Shown piece after piece: positions 11,022 to 21,994 of a stretch of DNA of 64,000 nt. The notes under the pieces are model-generated. The model ran no database searches and was not told the DNA's origin. It was given only the letters and a program-made list of their open reading frames with translations. The stretch comes from a virus (lineage: Duplodnaviria > Caudoviricetes), in the IMG/VR virus record IMGVR_UViG_2974506496_000001, positions 128,001-192,000 of that record. The stretch is one strand, 5' to 3'. The position numbers were made by a program, and so were the translations under genes. How positions within the stretch are numbered: position 1 is the first letter of the stretch; every line of letters starts with the position of its first letter.

Positions 11022-11051
11022 AAGAGGGGGCTTCGGCCTCCTCTTATGCCG
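11022..11051 (+). terminator. Hairpin (UUCG loop) followed by TTATGCCG
   Basis: aagagggggc-ttcg-gcctcctctt then atgccg, right after the protease stop. Confidence 0.75.
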
Positions 11052-11114
11052 TCTGTAAAATTTAACGGGGATTGCCCTTAGTATGTACAAAAACCCAACA
11101 GGTAGGAAACCGTC

Positions 11115-11618
11115 ATGATTGACCTTCCCCACGTGCTGGCAAAGTCGATCTTTGCTATGCATGATCTGGCGCGCTTCGTTGAACGCTATCAGAGAGCCCA
11201 CAGCGCCATTGTAACGACGTATAGCAATGCAGCCATGGCTTTGGATGTCTCTGAGAAGAAAAGCCGTGACAACGTGTTAGCGGCGCTTTTAAAGGATATC
11301 AACATTATCCTTATTGGCAACCCCGATACGCAACCCTGGCCGTTGGTCGATATGAACCCGTATCACATCGGTCTGGCGTTCCGTCATGAGATGCTGAACC
11401 TCATGATGCAGGATGACATCGGCATGGAGCAGCTTAACCTGTTCATTAACAAAGTGTACTTCCCTGCGTTGGTATTAAAAGACCTGCAGACCATTTTGTT
11501 AACGCAAGGTAAATGCCCGCTGTATGACAAAGCGGTGGTGGATGCGATGGCCGGCTTAGCACACCAAGCGGCGTGCCTGCGAACCAACAACGCCTTAGAG
11601 GTACCGAAAGATGCCTGA
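11115..11618 (+). CDS. Hypothetical protein
   Basis: 167-aa ORF with RBS. Confidence 0.6.
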   Translation: MIDLPHVLAKSIFAMHDLARFVERYQRAHSAIVTTYSNAAMALDVSEKKSRDNVLAALLKDINIILIGNPDTQPWPLVDMNPYHIGLAFRHEMLNLMMQDDIGMEQLNLFINKVYFPALVLKDLQTILLTQGKCPLYDKAVVDAMAGLAHQAACLRTNNALEVPKDA

Positions 11619-11784
11619 GCAGGATTTAGCTTTACTGGTGAAAATGATCGCTGCAGGATACCAGAGACAGATTGAGGCAGAGCGCTTCAATGGCATGAGT
11701 CCGAAAACCCTGCACTTAAAAGCACTGCGTCAAGCTGCGGATGAGATGATCAACCCCGGGGTGATGGATTCAAAAAAATCATAG
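11611..11784 (+). CDS. Small hypothetical protein (57 aa, MPEQDLALLV...; not in the ORF track)
   Basis: ATG at 11611 overlapping the previous stop, GAGG RBS, in-frame TAG at 11782-11784. Confidence 0.5.
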   Translation: MPEQDLALLVKMIAAGYQRQIEAERFNGMSPKTLHLKALRQAADEMINPGVMDSKKS

Positions 11785-11795
11785 CCCTATATTAC
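11772..11795 (+). promoter_or_regulatory. Early (vRNAP) promoter, TATATTAC type
   Basis: A-tract then ctatattac (TATATTAC at 11788-11795), matching the phiKZ early promoter consensus. Confidence 0.65.
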
Positions 11796-11870
11796 CCATG
11801 TGCTTTATACACTAAGTGTAAACACTATCGATAGCCATACACAAATTAACCCGTAAAAGGAAACTGTCAC

Positions 11871-12317
11871 ATGAGCAAGACCACTACTGAAGTCAACGCA
11901 GCTACCCGTACTCTGGCCGACTCACTGAAAGCAGCAATGACCGGCGGCGAGAAAGGTAACTATGCAACGACTGAAACCTGGTATGCAGAAAACCTGCCAG
12001 AAGGTCTGACCATCGAACAGCGTCAGAAATTCCAGGAGCATGACACCACTGTGCTGGCAGCCGCCGCATTGGCACTCGGTGAAGTGAGCGTTCCTGCAAT
12101 GAAAGAAAACGGTGACATCACCGAAGCGACTGTTGCAGTTAATGTCGGTCATGACCGTATCACCGCATCGGTGCTGCGCGATTACACCAACGGCAAAGAA
12201 CAGTATCACGGTCACGTGATTGCGGCGTATGAAGTTAACAGCGCCGGCGCGAACAGTGGCCAGCTGGGTATTGCACTGAGCACCGTGCGTTCTCTGGCCG
12301 ACGAACTGCTGGGTTAA
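11871..12317 (+). CDS. Hypothetical protein (probably highly expressed early gene)
   Basis: AAAGGA RBS, biased codon usage, upstream early promoter. Confidence 0.75.
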   Translation: MSKTTTEVNAATRTLADSLKAAMTGGEKGNYATTETWYAENLPEGLTIEQRQKFQEHDTTVLAAAALALGEVSVPAMKENGDITEATVAVNVGHDRITASVLRDYTNGKEQYHGHVIAAYEVNSAGANSGQLGIALSTVRSLADELLG

Positions 12318-12545
12318 TCACTAACCCAAACTGTAACCATGGGAAGTCTAGACACCTTCCCATGTTAAACATCCCTGGCTGCAATACTGCAGTCATTCAC
12401 TTATAAGTGCGAAGTCAACTCAAGCACCCATAAGCGAACCGAAGCATTCGAAAAATAGACAAAGTAATCAAAGGTATGGTCCGGAAACCGTGCCTTTCTT
12501 TACTGTGTTTAATCCCAAATACAGTACGCCCTGCATTCAGAAAGA

Positions 12546-13754
12546 ATGCCAAATGAAAAGGACAGTACCATGAAAATTGAATACACCATCGACCCAATCG
12601 TTTCGCCAATTAACGAACAACGTATCCTGGCGAATCGTTTCACTATCGACACCCCCGATCTCAGCATCACCGGATTCATCTCATCACTCGATGTGCTGAT
12701 CAAACCGACCGGTCCTGATGCCCGCCCACATGACACCTACGACCGTCATCTTTCCTACGAGATTTCTGTTGTAATGAAAGATCTTGAGAAACGCTATCCG
12801 GCACGTCCAGATGGTTCATTTCGCTTGAACGTAAGTGTGGGTGACTTCCCAGAGAAAGAAGCGGATGGTTATACTCGCCGCTGGTTACCTATCATCGGCT
12901 TGGAAGCTGAATCAGAAATCGACGCAATGCGTTTAGTTATCCGCGCACTCTTCGGTGAATTATTGCGCCCCCACGACTACTCACATACAGTGGTCAATAA
13001 AAAATACCTGCATGTCTGTGAGCAACTCATGGATCTGGGTTTGGTAAACATCCCTAACGGTGATTATAAAAGCCCACTGGTGATGACGCGTGTTCATGAT
13101 GGTGAGGTCAGTGTTGATCGTGCATGGCGTGTGGTAAATAACAAGCTGGCGTTAAAGCGCACCATACTGACACGTCAGATTGATGCTAACACTCGCCAGA
13201 CCCGGATGTTTACCCCAGCTGAACATCAGTTCTTTGAACTGGATGGAAGCTTGCCGTTTAATCCAACGCAGAATCGCGGTCATGGGTTCTTTCAACCATG
13301 CCACAATTCAGGGTTGAGTCATGACTCCTGGATGCGTCAGCAAGCTGCTATGCAGATGAACGCCATGGGGTCGGTTGCTCAATACGGATTGAATGCCATG
13401 AATTATCAGCAACCGTCAATGCAACACGGAGTGCCAGCATATCACAATCGTTCGTTGGTTGAAAGTGATCTGGGTCCACGTAACGAAGATACACCGATCC
13501 GTGGTAAGGTGAAGTATATCGAAGTAGCTCCTGTTTTGATTACTGAAGATAGCGCATCAATTGTCAACGATGGTAGCCATAACGCATATGGCGTGTATCG
13601 TCGTGAAGAACTCGGTGGCGGTAACCTTGCCGTGCATATCGGTGACTTCCTGGACGGTGGGCTCGCTGTAGCGTACGCAACCAAAATGGGTAAGTTCTTC
13701 AATGTTGATGTCGAAGACTATGTTAGTCCTGCGCCTGCAGAATATAACAAGTAA
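12546..13754 (+). CDS. Hypothetical protein
   Basis: 402-aa ORF; start may be the ATG at 12570. Confidence 0.7.
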   Translation: MPNEKDSTMKIEYTIDPIVSPINEQRILANRFTIDTPDLSITGFISSLDVLIKPTGPDARPHDTYDRHLSYEISVVMKDLEKRYPARPDGSFRLNVSVGDFPEKEADGYTRRWLPIIGLEAESEIDAMRLVIRALFGELLRPHDYSHTVVNKKYLHVCEQLMDLGLVNIPNGDYKSPLVMTRVHDGEVSVDRAWRVVNNKLALKRTILTRQIDANTRQTRMFTPAEHQFFELDGSLPFNPTQNRGHGFFQPCHNSGLSHDSWMRQQAAMQMNAMGSVAQYGLNAMNYQQPSMQHGVPAYHNRSLVESDLGPRNEDTPIRGKVKYIEVAPVLITEDSASIVNDGSHNAYGVYRREELGGGNLAVHIGDFLDGGLAVAYATKMGKFFNVDVEDYVSPAPAEYNK

Positions 13755-13953
13755 TTAGTTTCCTGATAACAATAATAACGGCCCGGGGTAACACTTGGGC
13801 CGAGCTGTCTTTTTCCGCCATGGGGGGTTTCTGTTCCCCCTCTTTTTTTTATCCTAATTCACAAAGAGGTAGCCGGCAATGACCGGTTGCCCTTTCATAC
13901 CACTCTTTTTTTTTTATTAAGATTACACACGGCATCCTCAATAGGCGACCATC

Positions 13954-14349
13954 ATGAATGTTTGGACTATCCAGATCGCTCGATGGAAACTGGCTAAAGA
14001 GCGTAACATTGCTTTTCTTGATACCACTGTTAAATCTGCAAAAGAGTATGCCTTTCTGGCCCCGACCTGGAAGATGGTCATGGAGCATAAACAAGGCAGT
14101 CTCTCTGATACAGGTTACACGCAACTTTACTATGAGTTGTTACGTGCTCGCTATCGTGAGAACCGACAACCTTTTTTAAAGCTGTTTCATGACTTTGCTG
14201 ACCAGGATATTGCCGTGGCGTGCTTTTGCACTCCCGGTCATTTTTGTCACCGTCATTTGCTTGTAGATATTCTACGCGCTATAGCCGTTAGTGAACATAT
14301 ACCGTTTTGCTACAAAGGTGAACTTACTTTAGGAGAACACGTCACATGA
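13954..14349 (+). CDS. DUF488-like protein
   Basis: FLAPTWKMV...Y...Y.ELLR.R and C-terminal ACFC.PG.FCHRHLL pattern. Confidence 0.6.
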   Translation: MNVWTIQIARWKLAKERNIAFLDTTVKSAKEYAFLAPTWKMVMEHKQGSLSDTGYTQLYYELLRARYRENRQPFLKLFHDFADQDIAVACFCTPGHFCHRHLLVDILRAIAVSEHIPFCYKGELTLGEHVT

Positions 14350-14732
14350 GCGACATCAATCAGGCGTACACACGACTACAGGGATCAACGGACTTACCCA
14401 CGGGTGAATTGATTAACCCACCGAAAGGGTGCCCGGGGATTACCGCACAGGTCGTCTTACGTCTGTTTCACAAAGTCAATGGATTGATCATTTACACGGA
14501 AGAGGTTCCAATCACTGTATTGAACATGCGGTGTTGTGAGATCTCAATGTACATGTTTATGAACCCGGTACTGGAGCATACTGCCGCTCCGTTAACACCC
14601 AGTCTTTATATGGTTGGTAATAACGTGTTCTTAGACGTGGAAGTGCAGCTTGATCGTATGGCCCTTTCCTCCGGGGATGTCGGTCGTTATTGTCAGGCGA
14701 TGTTTTACCAGCAGTCCCTCAAGAGTAACTGA
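14346..14732 (+). CDS. Hypothetical protein
   Basis: ATGA overlap with the previous gene; AGGAG RBS. Confidence 0.65.
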   Translation: MSDINQAYTRLQGSTDLPTGELINPPKGCPGITAQVVLRLFHKVNGLIIYTEEVPITVLNMRCCEISMYMFMNPVLEHTAAPLTPSLYMVGNNVFLDVEVQLDRMALSSGDVGRYCQAMFYQQSLKSN

Positions 14733-14737
14733 ATTCA

Positions 14738-14759
14738 AATAAATTCAGGACTATATCAC
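14738..14759 (+). promoter_or_regulatory. Putative early promoter (TATATCAC variant)
   Basis: aataaattcaggactatatcac upstream of ORF 14797. Confidence 0.5.
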
Positions 14760-14796
14760 TTACGTGAGTAATAATAAGATAAAAAGGTTTTGAGCT

Positions 14797-15237
14797 ATGA
14801 GTGTAGCAGGTTCTATCTTAGCCTGGATCAATAATCAAATTGATCGGTTTGCCGACAGTCAGGAAGCCCAGGTCTGGACCGCCATTATTGTGCTGTTCTT
14901 TCTGTGCTTGCTTGTTAGTGAATTGCGCACTGTGCGACAAACCGAAAAGTTTGAAAATGGCTTACGTTTATTAATTGGGAAATACAATCTTTATTCACCA
15001 GAGGATGTCGAATCACTTAATCAACGCGGTTATGATTTGTTTGAGCTGTATGTTGAAAGCTTGACAGAATGTAACATCCCGGTCTATGACCGTGAGCGAG
15101 AAGAAGAGGAGTTTATGAAAGGCTTCTTCCACGGTTATGTGATCGGAAGACGTGTTATGGCCAAAGTGCATCCTGACCCAAGAGTTGTGGAGTGCTTTGA
15201 GAAAAAGTTTTACAAGTATCTCGGCGATATTCGTTAA
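14797..15237 (+). CDS. Hypothetical membrane protein
   Basis: Single hydrophobic helix VWTAIIVLFFLCLLV. Confidence 0.65.
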   Translation: MSVAGSILAWINNQIDRFADSQEAQVWTAIIVLFFLCLLVSELRTVRQTEKFENGLRLLIGKYNLYSPEDVESLNQRGYDLFELYVESLTECNIPVYDREREEEEFMKGFFHGYVIGRRVMAKVHPDPRVVECFEKKFYKYLGDIR

Positions 15238-15239
15238 AC

Positions 15240-15300
15240 CGGCATAAAGGCTAGCATTCCCGTTGGGGAATGCTAGCCTGCTTATGCTGCTTTTTTTTTT
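15240..15300. terminator. Bidirectional terminator with TTATGCYG on both strands
   Basis: 14-bp hairpin 15248-15279 between convergent genes; cggcataa on the left, ttatgctg plus T-run on the right. Confidence 0.8.
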
Positions 15301-16174
15301 ATCGAGTCGGAGTGACTTGATTGTTACGGGCGTCTTCAACATCCTGCGCGTAACCGGCTTTGATAGCCTGGACGTCAGCAGTGATCTGCTTCATGCGATC
15401 TGGCAGGTCCTGCGTGTACGGGTTGGCATTCAGAGGTGCGGTGTCTTTCAGGATCTTCGCAGCCAAGTTGTCCACAGCAAGGTTCATGATGAACGTGCCG
15501 GTAAACTCGATGCTGTGTACCCAGTCCGCTGCGCCTTGTGATTTATCAAAGCGAGACTCACGGGTACCTGAAGATTTCGGACGCATGTTCACGCCGAGGT
15601 AGGCGTTGATCACTTCCAGGCCCGTTGGGTCAGATTCCACATACAGACAGATCATGGAGATCATGTCCGGCAGCAGATCTGTCGGTGGGTTTGGATAAGT
15701 CATGATCAGTGGACGCTTAACATCAGGGTCCATGATGAACAGACGAATCCACCACTCGAACAACGTACCGTGCGGGAAGCCGTACTTTTCACCGATCTCA
15801 TGTACTGGGACCGGCTGCTGTTGGGTGACGTTACCTGGGTCGTGCTGTTCAGCACCGGCACCGCCGGCAGGCTGAGTGAAGTCATCAACAGTCAGTGCGC
15901 GTTGGAAGCCCGTAATGGTACGGGTGTGTTTTTCCATCACTGTCTTGATGTGACCATGCCACAATTCAGGGTGATCCAGGTAACGAATAGCACCTGGCGT
16001 TTCGAGAACGAAACAGCGCAGTTGCTGCTGGCGGAAGCCGGCGTTATCAACGTAACGTGCGAGGTTGGCGTTGAAGCCAAAGTAACCGCCCGTGAGGGCG
16101 TTTACCATGGTTGCGTTCGTGAACGCTGCCGGACCGACGCCAGACTGGGCGACGCTATCAGTAAAACGTGGCAT
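15299..16174 (-). CDS. Tail tube protein (phiKZ gp30-like)
   Basis: 291 aa immediately downstream of the sheath gene on the same strand; conserved phiKZ-like arrangement. Confidence 0.75.
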   Translation of the reverse strand: MPRFTDSVAQSGVGPAAFTNATMVNALTGGYFGFNANLARYVDNAGFRQQQLRCFVLETPGAIRYLDHPELWHGHIKTVMEKHTRTITGFQRALTVDDFTQPAGGAGAEQHDPGNVTQQQPVPVHEIGEKYGFPHGTLFEWWIRLFIMDPDVKRPLIMTYPNPPTDLLPDMISMICLYVESDPTGLEVINAYLGVNMRPKSSGTRESRFDKSQGAADWVHSIEFTGTFIMNLAVDNLAAKILKDTAPLNANPYTQDLPDRMKQITADVQAIKAGYAQDVEDARNNQVTPTR

Positions 16175-16175
16175 A

Positions 16176-18263
16176 TTACACTAAGTCCTCTTGGTTACGT
16201 GAGACGACCGTGAAGCTGCCGATGTACATGCCTTTATTGAAGGCAGCACTTACCTCACAGGAGTAGCGAACACGGCTGTTCTGGTCAGCGATTGTCCGGA
16301 ACGAGTTCACGCTAATAACTACGCGGTTGTCGTAACGGTCTTTCGTCAGGTTTTCCAGAATGCGGTTGAGTTCAGACAACGTCTGTGCGGTGGTGCGACG
16401 GGTATCGGTACCGAGCATGCGATAAGCGATCTGACACTGCTTCTCGATGTCCACACAAATGGTCAGCGCGATTTCATCACGCAGCACAGAGGATTCGGTA
16501 TCGTACACGGTCTGCACATGCGGAACGTACGCCTGACGACGGTTGTACGTCTGTGCGTAGTTCAGGCCCAGGCCCCACTCGGTATTGCGTACTTCGTTTG
16601 GTTCCCAAAGCGCGTCCATGTTTTTCATGAGCTGCACTTTGTTGTTTTCTGCTGCATCATACGCGAACGCATTCTTCAGCACGCCATCACCGCTACCCGC
16701 ATACCGTGCACGCTTGTAGGCGTGGTCCAGCAGGTGTGGATAGAAGTCATCGCTGTCTTCAGACGCCAGTTGACCTGACTGCATGAAGAACACCGCGCGG
16801 CAGGTTGAGGTGCCGTACAGAGATGACTCTGGGAACAGCATGGCGTAAGAACGCAGCGATGCGGCCATGGAACGTTGCTCCAGGCTTGACAGACGGCTAC
16901 CGCCAGCGATGTAGGTGCCCACGTAGACAGTGATGTCTTTGCGTTTACCCAGCAGGCTGATCAGTGACTTCTTGGTTTCCAGGCTGTAGCCCGCATCCCA
17001 GTAAGCCGACACCGGATAACGTGCGTCATCCAGCATTTCAATCCCTTCCAGGTCGCCGTAGTTATCGAACTGCTGTTTACACAGCGCGTCGTATACGGAC
17101 GTTGGGGTGATCGCTTTGCCATTGGCATCAACACCAGACAGCTTACCGTCAGTGCCGCCTTCTGCGTAGTAGATCGCGGTGTCATTGAGGTTCACACCGC
17201 CATCTGCTGTACCTTGCAGACGGAACGCGTAGTACGGTTGCCCGTAGAAGTCTACGCCGCCAATCAGGTTGATCTGATGTGCTGCATTGGTGCCTTCAGC
17301 CAAACCAGGGTTCAGCGGTTGCTCCAGTGCATAGATCTGATTCAGGACCTGGTCGAGGTTGTCATGATAGACAAACAGGTTGTCCATCGGGCCTGGCATC
17401 GGGGTGGTGCCATCATCGCCGCTGTTTGCGTAATCTTTAATACGCAGCTGCAGACCGTACTTGGTGTCAGTTGAGGTATCAACCACATCGCGACGGAAAG
17501 CAAAGTTGATCGCAGAAGCACGATCCTGGGTCAGCTTCACCACGGCAGTAGACTGCGCGTTCGGACGCTCGTAGAAACGCAGGCGATAGAGCTGGCTCAG
17601 CTGGTCAACAGCAACATTGACATTCAGCGGATCAGAACTCTTCGCGCTAGGTGCCCACAGCGACACGCCGACGTTGTTACCGAAAGCCCCTGGTGATGGC
17701 ACTTCCAGATCGAGGAGGGGATAGAAGTCAGACTGAGTACCGCTACCGGACATCAGCTGGCCTTTCTTCTTCTCACCGGCACCGATTGCTCGGGTTACAT
17801 CACGGTTGATCACCAGACGACCCAACATACCGTTGGTGGTGGTGTCAGCTTCGACGTAAGCGCCATTTTCATCTTTGACAGCATTGCCGTCTTCATCGCG
17901 CTCGTAATCTTTGATGACGTCCGCTACCAGCTCAATCCCCAGAGTGAACATAGCAGGCTTAACGGCATCCGCTGGGACCACACGCTGAACGATCAGGGTG
18001 TTTGCTGCCTGTGCAAAGATGTTCGCAAAGGCAGAGCCCATGGTGAAGAACTTTGACAGGTGGTTAAAAGTTGCAGAACCATACAGGGTGGTCAGTAACG
18101 TCGGGTCGATTAACTGCGGGTCAAGCGAACCACGCTCTGCCAATAAGTAGACATGCGGAAGGTGCTGGGGATACACCTCGGGCACGGCTACCGGTGCCAG
18201 TACGGACTCGTCCCGAATACCATTCAGGATGAACCGCGGTGCACCGTTGGAGATATTTGACAT
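16176..18263 (-). CDS. Tail sheath protein (phiKZ gp29-like)
   Basis: ~695 aa starting MSNISNGAPR..GIRDES after an AAGGAGA RBS; PQHLP and WDAGYSLETKK motifs; divergent from the structural/terminase operon. Confidence 0.85.
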   Translation of the reverse strand: MSNISNGAPRFILNGIRDESVLAPVAVPEVYPQHLPHVYLLAERGSLDPQLIDPTLLTTLYGSATFNHLSKFFTMGSAFANIFAQAANTLIVQRVVPADAVKPAMFTLGIELVADVIKDYERDEDGNAVKDENGAYVEADTTTNGMLGRLVINRDVTRAIGAGEKKKGQLMSGSGTQSDFYPLLDLEVPSPGAFGNNVGVSLWAPSAKSSDPLNVNVAVDQLSQLYRLRFYERPNAQSTAVVKLTQDRASAINFAFRRDVVDTSTDTKYGLQLRIKDYANSGDDGTTPMPGPMDNLFVYHDNLDQVLNQIYALEQPLNPGLAEGTNAAHQINLIGGVDFYGQPYYAFRLQGTADGGVNLNDTAIYYAEGGTDGKLSGVDANGKAITPTSVYDALCKQQFDNYGDLEGIEMLDDARYPVSAYWDAGYSLETKKSLISLLGKRKDITVYVGTYIAGGSRLSSLEQRSMAASLRSYAMLFPESSLYGTSTCRAVFFMQSGQLASEDSDDFYPHLLDHAYKRARYAGSGDGVLKNAFAYDAAENNKVQLMKNMDALWEPNEVRNTEWGLGLNYAQTYNRRQAYVPHVQTVYDTESSVLRDEIALTICVDIEKQCQIAYRMLGTDTRRTTAQTLSELNRILENLTKDRYDNRVVISVNSFRTIADQNSRVRYSCEVSAAFNKGMYIGSFTVVSRNQEDLV

Positions 18264-18465
18264 TTCTGTCTCCTTCACTATCGATAGTTGTTTGTTTGTC
18301 ACTTGGGTGAAACTTAAGCTTGCCTTAATTAAGGGCTACCACATACGTCCTGATTACCCGGGAGTAGAAAGTAAATGGTATGGTTCACTATTAGCTTTAA
18401 CCCTAGCAGTGCCATAGAATAAAGTGTTATTCTTAACATATTTGCCTATAGAGGGTTTTCTCCTT

Positions 18466-19428
18466 ATGTTTAAGTCCCCTTATGATACCACCACGGCACG
18501 CTGGACGCCGGGTCTGGAAGGTATCCGAAAAGAATTGCGGGTAGCAAAAATCGAACGACGTTTAACATCCGCATCCACGCCGCTTCCAGTGAGTGACCCT
18601 CTAGGCGCCTCTCCTTCTCCTAGCGATAAGCTGTGGTATGTCGTGTCAGGTGTGCCTGGAAACGAACGCATTCCACCGTTTATGCATCCACTGGAATTTA
18701 CCGATACGTTGGGTCGCACCAACATGGCCATTGATTTGCGCTCCGCTATCGGCATGGCGCCGGACGGTCGTACTCTGGTTGTGCGTAACCGCAATGGTCA
18801 ACTCGATGCTGAACAACTGATCATCCGTCTGAAGGCAACCGCCTACTGGATGTTGGAAAGCAGTGGTCCACGTGACCTGATGAACTTAAGTGGTGTCCCG
18901 ATGCGTATCTTTGCGCGCTGGATCACTGAGAACATCTCCCGTCGGGTTGGTCTGGATTACGATGCGGTTCCCCGTTATCTGGTTTACGCCTCCTGGTACT
19001 ACTTCTGCCTGTTCTTTAATAAAGAGCAGATGAGCGATGACCTGCGCCTGATTGCCATCAACAAGATCGCCACTCAAGGCGGGTTGCGTCGTGACATCGT
19101 GGCAGACGTATTGCAGGATGTCGGTTACGTCGGCAGCATCAGTGAGTTCTGTGAAACGGCACAAGCGGTCGTTGGTGCAGATCAGCTCAGCCTGGTTGAC
19201 GTGAAGACGTTGATCACCTTGGCCGGTAATGCCTGGTTTGGTCAGAATGCCAAAGAAGGTGGTGGGGTTGCCCTCGAGTATCCACCGCTGTTCCTGTCCA
19301 TGCTCTACGGGGCGATGGGGAACAAGGCGTATCGCAACACCGCCATCGGTACCATTGCCGATCGCAAAGATTACCAACGAGACGGCGCCGTGTTCACACG
19401 AGCCTTCGTAGGAACGATTAACGATTAA
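18466..19428 (+). CDS. Virion structural protein (phiKZ gp28-like position)
   Basis: First gene of the operon divergent from the sheath; probable start MFKSPY. Confidence 0.6.
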   Translation: MFKSPYDTTTARWTPGLEGIRKELRVAKIERRLTSASTPLPVSDPLGASPSPSDKLWYVVSGVPGNERIPPFMHPLEFTDTLGRTNMAIDLRSAIGMAPDGRTLVVRNRNGQLDAEQLIIRLKATAYWMLESSGPRDLMNLSGVPMRIFARWITENISRRVGLDYDAVPRYLVYASWYYFCLFFNKEQMSDDLRLIAINKIATQGGLRRDIVADVLQDVGYVGSISEFCETAQAVVGADQLSLVDVKTLITLAGNAWFGQNAKEGGGVALEYPPLFLSMLYGAMGNKAYRNTAIGTIADRKDYQRDGAVFTRAFVGTIND

Positions 19429-19433
19429 GCGGG

Positions 19434-21992
19434 GTGTGTATGACAAGTCCGTTAGTGGAAAATGCGATTGAATACGCATGGGCTAACCCACAAGCGGATA
19501 GACAACACGTTCTACGACTGGCAAGGGTGTCACGTGATGTCGGGGCTATGAACCACACCAGGGTCATGCGCATCGACATTCCCTTGCCAACACGAGAAGA
19601 AGTCTATCACGTTTTTCAGATCGGACAGAACCACCCTTGGGAGTGGAACTTTGGTGAGCGCTACGTCACCCCGATCCCTTTTGAAACTTGGGTTCCGTTA
19701 ACCGAGTTGAACGAAAAGCAGTTGTTGGTCAGTAACGTTTACATGGACAACGGCGTACAATTTCCGAATGCGGGCGTCTATGTACGCTTGCGCTATGATC
19801 ATAACATCATTGTCGCAATCAAACCATTCGCAAATATGACCGTCCCGCGTAACGTGCAAGTCTACCTCCGGGTGTACTCTAACGCCTACCTGGAAGACGC
19901 GGTATTGGGTGATGATGCAATCCAAAACTTTGGTGGTGTCATGACCGATACGACCAAAGTCCTCGATTGGCAGAACCGCTATCTGGCCTTAAAGCAGGCG
20001 CCGGGCTTAGCACAGGCTTTTGTTAATGGGGTGCTGGTCGACGATTTCCCGCCAGGTAGTTACCGGGCACGCGATTGGGTCGATGTGCGTTACGACGCCA
20101 CTGTGCGTAAAGTGGTGGACCTCAACATCAGTGACTTGCCTTCTTTTATGTCGACGCAGGACAAGAAGCGTAAGTACATTGTGCATCCGCCGCGTGGCAG
20201 TGATGACTTCGATGTAATCTACCATGATGACATTGACTTCTGGTTAATCGGACCAGACGGCACAGGGATCTACTTCCACCGTAACTTACCTGATGCGGTT
20301 CGTATGTTGACCCATCGTGATTATGCGCTGACCGTTGCCTATGTCTCGAATGCCATTGTCAATTTCCCTGCCTGGGAAGATGTCTCAAAACTGAAGCTGC
20401 GGGCGGTAATGCGGCGGGGCGGTCGTCAGAACACATTGGTGCATGAAGCCCATCGTTTACGGGAAATGTACAAGTTACCCGACTCGGTGATCCTGCAAGC
20501 CTTCCAGGGTATCGATTCTACGCTCCCAGAGTGGTCTGCAGACGGTTTAGAGCAATCTTGGTACAATGTACTGCTTGGAACGCCTTATCCCTTCCTGGGC
20601 ATTCCTGTGGTGCGTGACGCCTATGGTTACAATGCCATGACCAAAGTGATGGCAACTACCCCCATGGCAACCGCGACAACTGGTCTGGGTCAGGTCGCTA
20701 CCCTGGCGCCGTCGTTACGGGAGAACACCACGGTCTACGAGTATGACAAGGATGGGTTATACCTCGGCAGTCAATACTGGTCAGCCGGTGCGCGCTACAT
20801 TGCCAAGCACGCCAACTGTGCGTTGATCGAACCGCGCAGTGGGAAAGCCAGCAAGTCCTTAAGTTATGTGCTGGGTAATGACATGGTGCCGTTGAAGAAG
20901 GCTTACGGTTATCGGTTATACCAAGCGCATTGGACGGGCGGTGTGGTGGATGAAACCACTTGGGTTGATGTGACCGATGATGACACGATCGCGAAGGTGG
21001 ACAATGGGGTGGTGAGTTGGTTACACAACCCAGTACGTCGTGTGGGGTTGGTGTTGTTCAATGACATCTTCCTGGGGTATGACTTCACCCTGAACTACGC
21101 CGACAAGTCGTTGTCCTTTGCAGTGACCCACACCTGGCCAACCGGCGGATTACTCTCACCCTTCCCGTTGGGACAGATCGAACTGATCATGAATCAGCGG
21201 TCATTAATCCCGGGGTTGGATTACTTCGGTAAGTTCCCGCGCTTTGTGGTGGTGAATAAAGAGTACATCAATCAGGACGGTGCACAGAACTTTACCTTGC
21301 GCTGTACCGGTTATCCTCAGAAAGACCTGACGCCACAACCGGTAAACGAAGGCGGCTGGATGATCTTTAATCAGATCTCGGCCAACGACGTCTATAACCT
21401 GCGTGATGACCGAACGGTGCGGTGTATTCTGCGCGGACGGGTAGTCCCTAAAGAGACGTTGGTGTTTACTGAAGACCTGATGGCACGTGCGGTACCAGCG
21501 GCCAGTAATGGCGATCCGTATCACATCAGTAACGTCATGGCGTCTGTACGGGAAGTAAACGACTACGAGACCTATCCGTTGCGGGATGCCTCGGTGGATC
21601 TCGATAAGCGTCTGTCAGCTTATTTGACCGCACATCGTCCACAACCGGATCTGGGTAACCCGGCACCGATCGCTGACAAGTATGTCCTGTACTCGCCGTT
21701 CTTGTGCAAACTTATCAATGACATCCGTTTGAAGGTACTGGTTATTGGCAACGGCTGGCAATCTGATCAGAACCTGGACAAGATCATCACACCGTATAAA
21801 TGGTGGTTGGACTTTGACCCGGCGATCAAAGATGAGATGGACTGGACGTATATTGAAGTGCATCCGCATAACGAGGTGAATCCGATTGCGGTCACGGCAG
21901 TTGAGTACGCCTTCCTGAACCGGGTCATTGCACTGTATCTGAGTAGCCGTGTTCAGTTGTCTGGACATCTGACGATTAAGCAGGATACCTAA
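19434..21992 (+). CDS. Virion structural protein (baseplate/tail, phiKZ gp27-like position)
   Basis: 852 aa; synteny between sheath and terminase. Confidence 0.6.
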   Translation: MCMTSPLVENAIEYAWANPQADRQHVLRLARVSRDVGAMNHTRVMRIDIPLPTREEVYHVFQIGQNHPWEWNFGERYVTPIPFETWVPLTELNEKQLLVSNVYMDNGVQFPNAGVYVRLRYDHNIIVAIKPFANMTVPRNVQVYLRVYSNAYLEDAVLGDDAIQNFGGVMTDTTKVLDWQNRYLALKQAPGLAQAFVNGVLVDDFPPGSYRARDWVDVRYDATVRKVVDLNISDLPSFMSTQDKKRKYIVHPPRGSDDFDVIYHDDIDFWLIGPDGTGIYFHRNLPDAVRMLTHRDYALTVAYVSNAIVNFPAWEDVSKLKLRAVMRRGGRQNTLVHEAHRLREMYKLPDSVILQAFQGIDSTLPEWSADGLEQSWYNVLLGTPYPFLGIPVVRDAYGYNAMTKVMATTPMATATTGLGQVATLAPSLRENTTVYEYDKDGLYLGSQYWSAGARYIAKHANCALIEPRSGKASKSLSYVLGNDMVPLKKAYGYRLYQAHWTGGVVDETTWVDVTDDDTIAKVDNGVVSWLHNPVRRVGLVLFNDIFLGYDFTLNYADKSLSFAVTHTWPTGGLLSPFPLGQIELIMNQRSLIPGLDYFGKFPRFVVVNKEYINQDGAQNFTLRCTGYPQKDLTPQPVNEGGWMIFNQISANDVYNLRDDRTVRCILRGRVVPKETLVFTEDLMARAVPAASNGDPYHISNVMASVREVNDYETYPLRDASVDLDKRLSAYLTAHRPQPDLGNPAPIADKYVLYSPFLCKLINDIRLKVLVIGNGWQSDQNLDKIITPYKWWLDFDPAIKDEMDWTYIEVHPHNEVNPIAVTAVEYAFLNRVIALYLSSRVQLSGHLTIKQDT

Positions 21993-21994
21993 TA